A stretch of DNA of 32,000 nt, taken from a metagenome. Made by a program: the position numbers and the translations under genes. Below, in pieces: positions 1 to 10,159 of this stretch. The stretch is taken from the sequence record k141_3637307. One strand, 5' to 3'. The notes under the pieces were generated by a model that did not search any database, was not told the origin of the DNA, and saw only the letters and a list, made by a program, of their open reading frames with translations. How positions within the stretch are numbered: position 1 is the stretch's first letter; each line of letters starts with the position of its first letter.

Positions 1-2196
1 CGCGATTCTCCGCCGAGCGACGACGGTCCCGTCTTGTCGTTGGAGGAGTTTGAGCGACGCATCGAACGCATTCGCGAGCAGTGGCAGGGTAGCCTGAGCA
101 CAGACAAAGATTCCCAATCCATCAAGACCATCGATAGTCAGATGCGATCGCTCCAAGAGGATGTCGACCGCGCCGTCGACGCGTCTCGGCGCCGAGGGGC
201 GACGAACACGCCGAGCGGCGAACCGAGCGGCAGCGTGGAACCCGCCGCGTCGGATGAGCACAGTGGACAGGGCGCGAGCGGTGGTGTGAACGGCGCGGAT
301 ACCGACGCCGGCGTCATAGAACGACCGCGTACGCAAATTTTTAGACAAATTCCCGCCACACCGTCGGGCGTGCACATTTTGTGGAGCATCATCGATTTCA
401 CGCCGTCGTGGGACGACGTCACGGGCGGCGCAAAGGTCATCATCACCGGCAATCCTTTGGTCGAGTTCGATCAAGAGATCGATATGTGTTGCGTATTCGG
501 TACTAAATCGGTGCGTGTCGAGAAACTCGCGCCGAATGTTTTAAAGTGCGAGGTTCCTCCGCACCCGCCGGGTCGCGTCTCGATGTTTCTCGCCATGGAC
601 AACGGCAACGGGCACCCCGTCAGCGAAATGTGTTCGTTCGAGTACGTCGATTCAGCCGTCGCGCGATCGCAAAAGAACCAGCCCATGTCCAAGCTGGTCG
701 ATCCAAGCGCACAGATGTCCGATCGTGACTTTCAAATGCGCTTGGTGCAACTCTTGACGACGTTTGGATCCGATTCGAGCGAGACGTCGAATGAAAAAAG
801 CGGCGAAGGCACCATGGGGTCACAACTGATGAATCTATACGACTCAGTCTCTCGATCGACCATGCACGTGAACGCCCTGAGCGCGCTTCGCGCCGCTGAA
901 CGATTACAGATAGATCCGTACAACATGGATGACGTCAACGACGAAGACTTGATGGTTTTACTCAACGGAATGATTCAGGCTCGATTGAAATCAGTCATCG
1001 TTCACGAAAACCGACGCACGAAGGCTCGTCTCGCCGTTCCGTCGGCGGCGACCGTGGTCAATGAATTAGAAGAAGTCGCGAAAGTGGCCGACGTAGAGGA
1101 CGGCGTCGTTGAGGAGGTGGTCGAGAGAACGCAAGAAACTCACAAGACGTTGATGAAACTTGCGCTCGCGCCGAGCGCGTACAATAGGAAGGATCGACAA
1201 GGACTCACGCTGTTTCACTGCTGCGCCGCCCTCGGTATCGAATGGGCCGTTCGAGCGATGTGTGCGACGGGCATTGATTTGAATCACGCCGACAAGCACA
1301 AGCGCACCGCGCTGCACTGGGCGGTCGCTCGAGGGCACGAGATGGTGGTGGCAACCCTTTTAAACTACGGCGCCAAGTCTCGCACCGTTGCGACGTGGAA
1401 TGGTCAAATGTTCGCACCCGCCGAACTCGCGATTCACTGCGGATATGAAGGTATCGCCGCGTACATCAGCGAAGCCAACCTCACGAGCGCTCTGGAAAGC
1501 ATTAATCTCCGCACCAATCGCACCTCTCGCGCTCCGAGCGTGTCTCCGACGACGCAGTTCAGACGAACCATGTTACCCAGCGACTCTGAAAACTCCGACG
1601 GCGAGGGGGCTTGTTTCTCAAAGCCGCATCATCGTAAAAAGGCGACGAGGTCGATCTTATCGTCCAAATCGCGCCCCAAAGAATTACGAGTCGAGGGTAG
1701 CGACGATTCTGAAACCGAAGCCGCCACCATCGTCAAGCGCGCGGAGCACGCGAGAGAGAGTTTACTGGCAACGCTCAGAGAACTGAACGTCAAGCCCGAA
1801 TACGTCGACGCGCAACTTCACGCGAAATTAGGAAAGCGCCGCGTGCGCCGCATGAAGGAAGGCGAGATTCAAAATTTGATGAGTGAACTTCTCACGCCCG
1901 TCGGTGAAGAACCCATCAACACGCAGAGGCTGACTCGCCGACCGGTGATGCGCGCCAAACGGCTTCCGAGAGGAAAGGCGGCGCACGTTCAGTCCAAGCG
2001 CACTGAAGAGACGAAAGAAGCAAGATCATCTGATGATGACGATGAAGAAGCGATTCAGAAAAACTTTGTGCGAATCCAGAGTTCGTTGAAGTCGTCGGAA
2101 GCCAGAGCGCAGTATTTGAGACTTCGCCGTTCGACGCATCAATTACGGACAGAGCTGCGGGCGTTAGCGACCGCAAGCTTTTCAGATGACGAATAG
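1..2196 (+). CDS. CAMTA-like protein (TIG/IPT domain + ankyrin repeats + IQ-like basic C-terminus); 5' end lies upstream of the window
   Basis: Frame 1 is open from nt 1, and the track start at 34 is a TTG, so the CDS is probably 5'-truncated by the window edge. TIG-like segment FTPSWDDVTGGAKVIITGNPL...CVFGTKSVRVEKLAPNVLKCEVPPHPPGRVSMFLA. Ankyrin repeats GLTLFHCCAALGIEWAVRAMCATGIDLNHADKHKRTALHWAVARGHEMVVATLLNYGAK. IQ-like AIQKNFVRIQSSLKSSEARAQYLRLRR. Stop at 2194-2196. Confidence 0.7.
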   Translation, partial: RDSPPSDDGPVLSLEEFERRIERIREQWQGSLSTDKDSQSIKTIDSQMRSLQEDVDRAVDASRRRGATNTPSGEPSGSVEPAASDEHSGQGASGGVNGADTDAGVIERPRTQIFRQIPATPSGVHILWSIIDFTPSWDDVTGGAKVIITGNPLVEFDQEIDMCCVFGTKSVRVEKLAPNVLKCEVPPHPPGRVSMFLAMDNGNGHPVSEMCSFEYVDSAVARSQKNQPMSKLVDPSAQMSDRDFQMRLVQLLTTFGSDSSETSNEKSGEGTMGSQLMNLYDSVSRSTMHVNALSALRAAERLQIDPYNMDDVNDEDLMVLLNGMIQARLKSVIVHENRRTKARLAVPSAATVVNELEEVAKVADVEDGVVEEVVERTQETHKTLMKLALAPSAYNRKDRQGLTLFHCCAALGIEWAVRAMCATGIDLNHADKHKRTALHWAVARGHEMVVATLLNYGAKSRTVATWNGQMFAPAELAIHCGYEGIAAYISEANLTSALESINLRTNRTSRAPSVSPTTQFRRTMLPSDSENSDGEGACFSKPHHRKKATRSILSSKSRPKELRVEGSDDSETEAATIVKRAEHARESLLATLRELNVKPEYVDAQLHAKLGKRRVRRMKEGEIQNLMSELLTPVGEEPINTQRLTRRPVMRAKRLPRGKAAHVQSKRTEETKEARSSDDDDEEAIQKNFVRIQSSLKSSEARAQYLRLRRSTHQLRTELRALATASFSDDE

Positions 2197-2298
2197 AACA
2201 CCACCTTTGTTGTTTGTAGTAAAATGTATACCGGTATATATGATGTTATGGCTTCAATGACAATGTACAATTACAATGTTTGTTTTTCGTTTTTGTTT

Positions 2299-4251
2299 TT
2301 AGGCGGCGTGCGGGCTCACCGTCGTGGACTGAGGGCTACGACAGTTCGGACAGGTTGCGTGCGTGTGCAACCACGTGGAACAGCACGAGATGTGAAAACT
2401 ATGAGAACAATCAAGCGTCAAGACTTCTTCGCCTTGTTCGATATCCAGTAGACAAATGGAGCACACGTGTGAATCTTTCGACGCGATGGAGCACCTCTGC
2501 TTTATGGCGTCTAGTGGTATTCGCGCGTCGCACTCGCGGAGAGCCTTGTCGACGTTGTCATACGCGATGATCATGCGCGCTTCTTCCACGCGTAATATGC
2601 CAACCATATTTTTCACGAGCGCCTGTCGATCGTTTCCTCGCAGTTCGCTACCGTAGAACAATCGCCACAGGAGAAGATTCATGTTATTCAACACGCGATT
2701 CATCTCGTTGTGGCATTCAGAGCGCAGCGTTTTGAATTCACTCAAGTATGTTTGCTTGTCTTTGATAGTCTGGAAAACGCGCGCGCGCAGCAAACGCGTG
2801 TATAACCTAAATTTACACCCCAAGAACTCCGCGTTCATGCGTTCAAGCGTCCAAATGTCACACCAATCGCGCTCCTTGTCTTTGACCACCACGGTGCGCG
2901 ATAGAGCGGCGGACGGAAACGACATCCACAAAGAATTTTCTTCTCTCCACGTAGCGAGCGTCACGTCCACGGGAAGTATGAGTTCTCCAAGCTCTTCAAG
3001 CGACTCGGCGTCTCCTTCGTCCTTCTCTTCAGCCGGGTTGCCTCCACGCGCCGCGGCGGATACGTTCCTCGCATTCAAACACATGCTCTCGTCGTTCACT
3101 TCCATCAGTCGCGTTTCAAACGTGAGTTTGCGAAGCATGTACGTCCACATGTGTTCACTACGCATCGTATCCTTGACAAATTGGATGGCACTGTACGTCG
3201 CACTGAGTACGTTCGCGCTGCGACTCCACTGGGAGACGAGTTTACGCCTTTGCAGCACGCGTGCTATTTGAAGCCGCCTTCGACGACACATCGGCTCGTC
3301 CTGTTCCTCCGCTTCATCGATGTCTATCGGCACTAGCTCAAACGTATTTCGCGAAGAATCGGATTCTTCAAAAAAACCCTCCTCCGCGCGAACGAGTTGG
3401 CCGACTGTGCCTCTAATCACCCCGGTTTCTCCGTCGATACTCCCCGAACAATACGTCTCGTTATCAGAGAACGAGAGAGCCATCACCCCCTCTCGACCGT
3501 CGTCCTCCAACATCAAATGACACAATTGCTCGTCGCCTTGGGCGGTGTGAGAGATCAGGAACGCCCCCGCCGCGGCGTCGAACCACAACACTTGAAACGC
3601 GTACGGCGACCCGTTCGATTCCTCCACGGGACCCGAACCCGGAATCGAGATCGTCCCTTCCCACACGCGTCCGGGCGTGCAGAAATGTTTCAAACACTTT
3701 GATGGATTCTTATGCACCTCCCTAAACGCGCGTCTTTTCTCGACGTTCCCTAAAGTGACGAGCTCCATCCGAGAATAACCCAACGCCGCGGTGACGCCGC
3801 CCGAGTGCGACCCTTGCACGCGTCGCGCGTGCCTTTCCGCGTGCTCTCGGAGATCAACACTCGCTCGTCGCGGTGGTAACGAAGTGCTCGCCTCCTCTTC
3901 GCCGTCGTCTCCGTCCGTCGCGGCGCTCTCGTCGTCCTCGAGTCCAAAGGTCAACAGCGGCCAGTCGGGCGCCAGTCTCGGTGAACGCTCATCCGCGAGC
4001 GCGTTAACGCCGTCCACGTACCCGTTACCCACGGGAAGACGCGCGTCGAGATCGCCATCGGCGAGCGCTCGCGCCGAGATGCCGTCTCGTTCGACATCGC
4101 GCGCCCTGTACGCGCGAATGTCTTCGAGAAGTTTACGAAACGTGTCCCAACCGCTCGCCTTCGTCTCGCGGCGCACGAACGCCTCGACTTCGTCCACGTC
4201 CTGCTCGACGTCGTCCACGCCGGAGTCTTCGTGTCCGGGAACGCCGCGCAT
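2299..4251 (-). CDS. RING-H2 zinc-finger protein (putative E3 ubiquitin ligase)
   Basis: 650-aa ORF with a true ATG (plus-strand cat at 4249-4251). C-terminal RING-H2 signature CSICLLDIEQGEEVLTLDCSHSFHISCCSTWLHTHATCPNC (C-x2-C...C-x-H-x2-H-x2-C...C-x2-C). I recognise nothing in the large N-terminal region. Confidence 0.75.
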   Translation of the reverse strand: MRGVPGHEDSGVDDVEQDVDEVEAFVRRETKASGWDTFRKLLEDIRAYRARDVERDGISARALADGDLDARLPVGNGYVDGVNALADERSPRLAPDWPLLTFGLEDDESAATDGDDGEEEASTSLPPRRASVDLREHAERHARRVQGSHSGGVTAALGYSRMELVTLGNVEKRRAFREVHKNPSKCLKHFCTPGRVWEGTISIPGSGPVEESNGSPYAFQVLWFDAAAGAFLISHTAQGDEQLCHLMLEDDGREGVMALSFSDNETYCSGSIDGETGVIRGTVGQLVRAEEGFFEESDSSRNTFELVPIDIDEAEEQDEPMCRRRRLQIARVLQRRKLVSQWSRSANVLSATYSAIQFVKDTMRSEHMWTYMLRKLTFETRLMEVNDESMCLNARNVSAAARGGNPAEEKDEGDAESLEELGELILPVDVTLATWREENSLWMSFPSAALSRTVVVKDKERDWCDIWTLERMNAEFLGCKFRLYTRLLRARVFQTIKDKQTYLSEFKTLRSECHNEMNRVLNNMNLLLWRLFYGSELRGNDRQALVKNMVGILRVEEARMIIAYDNVDKALRECDARIPLDAIKQRCSIASKDSHVCSICLLDIEQGEEVLTLDCSHSFHISCCSTWLHTHATCPNCRSPQSTTVSPHAA

Positions 4252-4418
4252 CGCGAAGACGTCCGACGTCGACGCGCGACGCGGAGTCGGCGGGTGAAGA
4301 TGAGGGAGGCGAAGAGCTGGGCGTTGGAAGCAACAACGAAGAGGAGGTTTTACACAGCGCGTCTAAAGAATCTAAATAACCGACCGAGCCCGTGAGCGAA
4401 TCGCGTTTGCTAAATGGT

Positions 4419-4964
4419 CTACTTTTTCGCCGCCGAGCAAGCGTCCGCGAGCCAATCGAGCCCTTCGAACAAACCCTTGCCCTCCAACGCGGAGCACTTG
4501 AAGATGGCCCACGTGCGATTTTTGATGGAACTTAAACCGAGTTGTTCGGTGACTTCGGCGTCGGAGAGCGCGCCGGGAATGTCTTGTTTGTTCGCGAACA
4601 CGAGCAAGATGGCGTCTTTCAACTCTTCCTCCTCTAAGAGGGCGTGAAACTCTTCTCTAGACGTGCCGACGCGCTCGACGTCCGAGCTGTCGACGACGTA
4701 AATGATGGCTTGCGTGTTCGGATAATAACATCTCCAGTACGGTCGTATCGACGTCTGACCGCCGAGATCCCACACCTGAAACTTGACGTTCTTGTGCGTC
4801 ACCGTCTCGACGTTGAACCCGATCGTAGGAATCGTGTTCACCACCGTGCCCACCTGCAGGCGATAGAGGATGGTCGTCTTCCCGGCGTTGTCCAAACCCA
4901 AGACCAAAATTCTCGCCTCTCTATCGCCAAAGTACGAGAACAGTTTGCTAAAAAGCACCCCCAT
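4419..4964 (-). CDS. ARL1: ARF-like small GTPase ARL1
   Basis: 181 aa with ATG at 4964. It starts MG (myristoylation-type). P-loop [38 protein letters not shown] and the NKQD G4 motif are present, and it resembles ARL1 over nearly its full length. Confidence 0.9.
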   Translation of the reverse strand: MGVLFSKLFSYFGDREARILVLGLDNAGKTTILYRLQVGTVVNTIPTIGFNVETVTHKNVKFQVWDLGGQTSIRPYWRCYYPNTQAIIYVVDSSDVERVGTSREEFHALLEEEELKDAILLVFANKQDIPGALSDAEVTEQLGLSSIKNRTWAIFKCSALEGKGLFEGLDWLADACSAAKK

Positions 4965-5084
4965 CTCAACACCTGCGTTACGGGGCGCGAGTTCACGATG
5001 CGCGTGCGCACGTCAGTCTACGAACGGATGTCACCGTCGGCGGGGGTCCGCCGGGCGTCTCGTTTAAAAAGGCGATTCTTCAGC

Positions 5085-5141
5085 TCAGGTCTCCAATGCT
5101 TTATCGACACCACGTAACGTTTACGATCAGGTCTCCAATGC
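5085..5141. promoter_or_regulatory. Two copies of a 15-nt CCAAT-containing direct repeat in the ARL1/CTF7 divergent spacer
   Basis: tcaggtctCCAATgc occurs identically at 5085-5099 and 5127-5141, a 42-nt period, in the AT-richer core of the 667-nt spacer between ATG 4964 (-) and ATG 5632 (+). An 18-bp palindrome ATGCCGCG-ac-CGCGGCAT follows at 5182-5199. Confidence 0.3.
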
Positions 5142-5631
5142 AATGTTGTATCATCAACAGAATCGTTCGATCGAAAAAATAATGCCGCGACCGCGGCATC
5201 TTTCGCCCGAGCGGTCGACGTCGAGACGATCCGTCGGCACGGCGAAGAGCGTTTCCTCGGTTCTCCAAGGTGATGTTGTTCCCCAAAGCGCATGGGCTAT
5301 TCGGAAGAACGAAAGTATATCATGACTTCCTCATCGGAAACGCTCCTCTCCCGCGCGCGCGATCATCGCGACGCCGAACCGTCTCGGGACGAATGGTTTC
5401 GAGCCGTGCCCTAGAAATGTACCGGGCTTCCTCGCGCGCGTCCTCGCGCGTTCTCGCGCGCGTCGTCGTCAAGAGTATCGCGCGTACCTCTCTCCTCGTC
5501 CGCACGCCGCGCTCGTCGTGGTCGAAGACGACCTCGCCCCCCACTCGCGTCACTCACTGACGCACAGCGCTTTCTCTCTGGCCCCGGTCGCGTCGCGCGT
5601 CGTCCTCGCGCGCGCGACGCACGCCGCGCGC

Positions 5632-6789
5632 ATGGCGAGCATTCAAGAGCTCTTCGCCGGCGTCAGGGCGACGCCGAGACCGCGCGAGACGCCCCGCGAC
5701 GCGACGCGCGCGGACGATGAGGTGGACGGTGGTGAGTCGGTTGGACGCGATGATGGTCGTCGGGATGACGTCGTGGACGACGCCGACGACGCGCGCGCGC
5801 GACGTTCGAGCGCGGCGTCGACGGCGCGCGCGTCGGTGTTTGACGCCGACGCGCTCGACGGCGCGCGCACGACGGCGCCGACGACGTATGGACGACGGAA
5901 ACGGGCGAAAAGTTTAAACGCGGTGTCGGCGCGCCGCGGCGAGACGACGACGAAGGCGTCGCCGTCGGCCACGTGGGCGTACTTGGACTCGATCGGCAGA
6001 GAAAACGGGACGAACAGTAAAGGCGTGAACGCGTCGACGTCGGTGGCGACGAAAACGGCGGCGAAGACGGGAGAGGTGGTGAAGAAAAAGCGGACGCAGA
6101 TGTGCCTGGATTTGGGACAGTCGACTATGCGACACGAGACGTGCGCCAAGTGTGGATTGGTGTACGCCAAGGGTGAACCCGACGACGAGAAGACGCACGC
6201 GCAGTATCACGCCAAGTTTTTAGCCAACGCCGACGGATGCGGGGCGATCACGCTCAAACCCGGCGATGGGCAGAGCGTGGTTTGGGAGAGCGACGACGGA
6301 GACGTGCGATGCGTGAGATTGGACGCGAGCAAAGCGAACACCGGCGCGATAGAGCGCGTGTGCAAAAAAGTCGAGCGAGAGCTGAGTTTACCCGAAAACT
6401 GGATCTTCGACCAAACGAAAAGCCAAGTTAGAACGTTCGTGTGCGTGGAAAATAAAGGGAATCGAGTCGTCGGCGCGTTGTTTGCGGAAAAGTTGAGCCA
6501 GGCGTTTAGGACGCTTCCCGATGTCAAGTCATCCACGAGCGCGACCGAGGGAACGATCGTGAGTCACTCGGGGATTCCAGAGAGCGCGCGGTGCGGTGTG
6601 CGCGCGATCTGGACGCACTCAACAGCCAGGAGACGCGGTCTCGCTCGAGAGATGTTGAATTCGATGCGCGCGCACTTGGTGCCTGGGTACGTGATCGCCT
6701 CCAAGGAGTGCGCTTTCACGCAACCGACCGAAGCCGGCACGGCGCTCGCGCTGGCATATTGCGATAGTGATACGTTTTTAGTGTATTAG
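5632..6789 (+). CDS. CTF7: Eco1/ESCO/CTF7-type N-acetyltransferase (sister-chromatid cohesion establishment)
   Basis: Zinc finger typical of Eco1: CAKCGLVYAKGEPDDEKTHAQYH. C-terminal acetyltransferase core: CGVRAIWTHSTARRRGLAREMLNSMR. The track ORF starts at a non-ATG codon at 5518; the first in-frame ATG is 5632 (MASIQELF). Confidence 0.75.
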   Translation: MASIQELFAGVRATPRPRETPRDATRADDEVDGGESVGRDDGRRDDVVDDADDARARRSSAASTARASVFDADALDGARTTAPTTYGRRKRAKSLNAVSARRGETTTKASPSATWAYLDSIGRENGTNSKGVNASTSVATKTAAKTGEVVKKKRTQMCLDLGQSTMRHETCAKCGLVYAKGEPDDEKTHAQYHAKFLANADGCGAITLKPGDGQSVVWESDDGDVRCVRLDASKANTGAIERVCKKVERELSLPENWIFDQTKSQVRTFVCVENKGNRVVGALFAEKLSQAFRTLPDVKSSTSATEGTIVSHSGIPESARCGVRAIWTHSTARRRGLAREMLNSMRAHLVPGYVIASKECAFTQPTEAGTALALAYCDSDTFLVY

Positions 6790-6865
6790 AGGACGTATGT
6801 TTTATGTTTTGAAGTGTATGTAGACAACGCAAAACGCGGAAAAAATTCAAGGCGATAAAATTAAA

Positions 6866-8827
6866 TTAGCGCGCGCGCGCCGCTTCCTTAGATCCAGTCC
6901 AACCGTCGAGCTTCACTAGTTGCTCGGCGTCAAACTTGGCGAGATCGGCCTCATCGCTTTCATCCATCACCTTGCCACCGCCGAAAGCCAATTCGGTTTC
7001 GCCCACCGAACCAATGGCTTCGTCCGCACCCGCGGAGAGACCGTTGATGATGGACTGTTGAACCGGCTTCAAGCCTTGGGTGGGCATACCCTTGGCGCGC
7101 GCCGCGACGACTTCGGCGGCGAGCTTACCGCCGAGCACCGCACCCTCCATAGAGCCCAAGAACTTTTGGGACGTGTAATCGCCCGCCAACGTAAAGTTGC
7201 TGATGGGAGTTTCTTGGGAGGGACGGAACTTGTTACGACCCGGGATCGCAGCGTACACGGAGCGCGGCGTCTTCACGACGGCGTGCTTGAGCAACTTGGC
7301 GCCGACACCGTCCGGCGACTTCGGACCGATTTCGAGCGGGAAGAGACGTTCGAGCTCCTTCATGGTGGCGTCGACGATTTCTTGGTTGCTCTTTGCAATC
7401 CAGTTCGTCTTACCGCCCGCGATCGGAGAGCACGGCGCAAACACGAGCTCGAGCATGGACTTTTCTTCGTCGTAGTATTCCTTGCACGTGGTGCTCATGT
7501 CGGCGTACACGGAGAGGAGCGGAGAGCGAGAGAAGCACAAGTGGTCGACGTTCTTCAACTTGCGATCAAACCAAAGGTGGATGTTGATCACGGGGATCCC
7601 CTCGAGTTCCTTGAGCTGCGCGAAGTGCGGCATCTCGCCCCACTGCTTCGGCATCATGCGCTTCATGACGTCAACCGGCATCGCGGAGATGTACTCATCA
7701 GCCTCGATGATGTCGCCGTTCGCCATGGCCAAGTGCTTGACGGAGCCGTCTTCGTTGAGCACGAACTCCTTGAGGCGTTGCTTCATGTGAACAGAGCCAC
7801 CGTTCTTCTTGATGGAGTCCACCATCGGCGCGCACAAACGATCCGGTTGGTTACCGTCCAAGAAGGCCATCTGCAAGCCATCCGTTTCGTTCAAGAAACG
7901 GTTCATCGCCGTCAACACGACGGTCATGGACAACTTGTCCGGGTCGATGAAATCCAAAGCCTTCGCCATGGAGATGAAAACTTCTTCGTTGATGCGCTCC
8001 GGCATGCCGTACTTGCGCATGAAATCTAAGACGCTGAGTTCATCTTGCTCATCGATGAAATCTTGGCCCTTGACCAACATCGGCAAGAGCGGCGGCGCCG
8101 TTTGCAACTTTTCCGGCAAGGTCAACATCTTTTGGTTCATGAGAATCGCCAAGCCAAAGTTGAACGGCGCGGGAATGCCCTTGATGAAATCGAACGTCGT
8201 GAATTCGCCCGGAAGCTCTTGCATGGCGAAGATCATCTTGTGCACCTTCCACTGCAATCTATCCTCGATGTCCAACTCGGAGAAGAGATTCATCATGTTC
8301 GGGTACGCCCCGAAGAAAATGTGCAAACCAGTCTCGATCCAATCCCCATCCTTATCTTGCCACGCGCTCACCTTACCCCCGAGCACGTCTCTCGCCTCCA
8401 ACACGATCGGTTCGTGACCAGCCTCCGCCAAATACTTGGCGCACGCCAAGCCGGATAACCCGCCGCCGACGATGGCCACCTTCTTCTTCTGTCCCTCACC
8501 GCTCACCTTGAGATCGCTCGTGAATCTGCTCGACAGCGCCCCCGCGATGCGATAGTTTTCCGTCTGCGAGATTCCATCCGGCTTCGGGTAATCCTTAGCC
8601 TCGACGCGCACGACGCGCGCGCGTCCCCCCGCGCGATGTCCACGCTGACTCCCCGCACCCCGCGTCGCCGTCGGCCCTCGACTGAACGCCCCTCGTCGCG
8701 CGCCGAGCGCGGTGGACGACATCATCACGCTCCGCTCGATGCTCTCGGCGATCGACCTCGAATCGACGCGCGTCTCGGCGTCGCGATGTGTCGACGCGTC
8801 GTTCGCCGTTCGTCGCGGGGACGTCAT
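6866..8827 (-). CDS. PDS: Phytoene desaturase (plant/cyanobacterial type), plastid-targeted
   Basis: FAD-binding [17 protein letters not shown] followed by [41 protein letters not shown], with full-length PDS-like sequence. The track start at 8833 is GTG. The first ATG is at 8827; an alternative ATG at 8725 ([12 protein letters not shown]...) looks like a transit peptide. Confidence 0.9.
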   Translation of the reverse strand: MTSPRRTANDASTHRDAETRVDSRSIAESIERSVMMSSTALGARRGAFSRGPTATRGAGSQRGHRAGGRARVVRVEAKDYPKPDGISQTENYRIAGALSSRFTSDLKVSGEGQKKKVAIVGGGLSGLACAKYLAEAGHEPIVLEARDVLGGKVSAWQDKDGDWIETGLHIFFGAYPNMMNLFSELDIEDRLQWKVHKMIFAMQELPGEFTTFDFIKGIPAPFNFGLAILMNQKMLTLPEKLQTAPPLLPMLVKGQDFIDEQDELSVLDFMRKYGMPERINEEVFISMAKALDFIDPDKLSMTVVLTAMNRFLNETDGLQMAFLDGNQPDRLCAPMVDSIKKNGGSVHMKQRLKEFVLNEDGSVKHLAMANGDIIEADEYISAMPVDVMKRMMPKQWGEMPHFAQLKELEGIPVINIHLWFDRKLKNVDHLCFSRSPLLSVYADMSTTCKEYYDEEKSMLELVFAPCSPIAGGKTNWIAKSNQEIVDATMKELERLFPLEIGPKSPDGVGAKLLKHAVVKTPRSVYAAIPGRNKFRPSQETPISNFTLAGDYTSQKFLGSMEGAVLGGKLAAEVVAARAKGMPTQGLKPVQQSIINGLSAGADEAIGSVGETELAFGGGKVMDESDEADLAKFDAEQLVKLDGWTGSKEAARAR

Positions 8828-8996
8828 CGTCACGGATAAGGTCCCTTTTTAGCATTCAAAACCCTAGTACTACAGATACCCTTAAAAAGTTCACACTACA
8901 CAATTCGGCGTCGCGACTTTTCAAAAATGGCTCGCGCGTCCGCACGCGCGCGCGACGCGCCCACGCGACGCGCGCGCGCCGCAGTGCGTCGCACGC

Positions 8997-9030
8997 GAGC
9001 CGACTCGACGCGCGAGCCGACTCGACGCGT
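8997..9030. repeat. Tandem 17-nt repeat (gagccgactcgacgcg[c/t]) x2 in the PDS/NDK-like divergent spacer
   Basis: Read directly: 8997-9013 and 9014-9030 differ only at the last base. They share the core gactcgacgcg with blocks at 15971 and 16165. Confidence 0.6.
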
Positions 9031-9157
9031 CACTCCGCGTCGTCGACGACGCGACGGAACGCGCCGACGAAACACACACGCGTCGACCGACGAGCGATTC
9101 GGATTAATCCAGCTTTGAAAAGATCCATCCATCCACCCCGCGCGCGTCGACGACGAC

Positions 9158-10159
9158 ATGGTGACGAACACCGCGTTCGTGTTCGTCAAGCCGCACGCGG
9201 TGACGCCGGAGACGTTATCTCTCGTCTCCGCGACGCTCACCGGCAGCGGGGTGCGGATCACGCGCGAGGGCGAGGTGACGGCGGAACGCATCGATGCGGA
9301 TCAACTCGTGGATAGACACTACTACGCCATCGCGTCCAAGGCGACGTTGATCGACGCGGAGGCGCTCAACGTGCCGGAGGAAAAGTTTCGAAAGGCGTAC
9401 GGGGTGGAATGGTCGGACGTTCTCGCGAGAGGATTGGCGATGAACTCGAAAAAGGCGTGCGAAAAGTGGAAGATGACGCCGACGCAACTCGACGGCGCGT
9501 GGCAACAAGCCAAGCAAGACGGGAAGATGGTCAAGCTCGGTGGTGGTTTCTATTGCGCGAAGATTAAGGAGTGTTACGTGTTTAACGGGTTTTACATGAC
9601 GATGCGGTCGAAATTCGTGAAACCCGGGACGTGCATTCACTATTACGTCGTGGAGTGGGAGAGCGAGAAGATGTCGTGGGAGCACTTTAGAGGCGAGCTC
9701 TTGGGACCGACGGAGCCGTCCAAGGCTCCGGAATCTTCGCTCAGAGGCATGATTTATAACGATTGGGAAGCGCTCGGGCTCAAGGCGCAACCGACGACGG
9801 GGGAGAACGGTGTGCACGCGAGCGCGAGCCCATTCGAAGCGTGCGCGGAGATGAACAACTGGTTGGGAATCCCGTTCGCGCAGACATCCTTTGGCGCGGC
9901 GCTCATGGACGCCGGAATTTCCGAAGAAACCATCGGCGAGTGGAGCGTTGATCCGCAGGTGACGTACGGTGTGCCGTCCATGCGTATCACTGGTTCGCTA
10001 TTCGACGCGTTGGAGGACACGAACGCAGATTATTGCGCCGCGTTGTGTGAGATGATCGGCGCGGACGCCGCCGGCGCGAAGGATGGCATTCGCATCGTCG
10101 CCGCGAGCGTTCTCGGCTTAGCTTTAGGTTTCCTCCTCCCGAAAAATGGACGGAGATAG
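9158..10159 (+). CDS. Nucleoside-diphosphate-kinase-like domain protein with an internal insertion and a C-terminal hydrophobic anchor
   Basis: True ATG at 9158. NDK-like blocks: FVFVKPHAV (cf. FI.IKPDGV), DRHYYAIASK, CIHYYVVEWES, LLGPTEPSKAPESSLRGMIY (cf. GATNP..S.PGTIRGDF) and NGVHASASPFEACAEMNNW (cf. N.IHGSDS.ESA..EI..WF, catalytic His). About 60 aa are inserted between the second and third blocks. C-terminal IRIVAASVLGLALGFLLP looks like a TM segment. Confidence 0.55.
   Translation: MVTNTAFVFVKPHAVTPETLSLVSATLTGSGVRITREGEVTAERIDADQLVDRHYYAIASKATLIDAEALNVPEEKFRKAYGVEWSDVLARGLAMNSKKACEKWKMTPTQLDGAWQQAKQDGKMVKLGGGFYCAKIKECYVFNGFYMTMRSKFVKPGTCIHYYVVEWESEKMSWEHFRGELLGPTEPSKAPESSLRGMIYNDWEALGLKAQPTTGENGVHASASPFEACAEMNNWLGIPFAQTSFGAALMDAGISEETIGEWSVDPQVTYGVPSMRITGSLFDALEDTNADYCAALCEMIGADAAGAKDGIRIVAASVLGLALGFLLPKNGRR

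Noticed and set aside
5018-5293. 91-aa minus-strand ORF (and other 60-96 aa ORFs) in the ARL1/CTF7 spacer
   Set aside because: It has no motifs and lacks the G/C third-position bias of real genes here. Its internal HWRP(D/E) repeat simply reflects the 15-nt direct repeat.
6920-8029. 369-aa plus-strand ORF (and several 60-200 aa ORFs) inside the PDS locus
   Set aside because: It is antisense to a full-length phytoene desaturase and has no motifs. It is an artefact of composition.
8858-8866. Telo-box-like AAACCCTAG in the PDS upstream region
   Set aside because: It is a single, imperfect copy. That is not enough to call a regulatory element.
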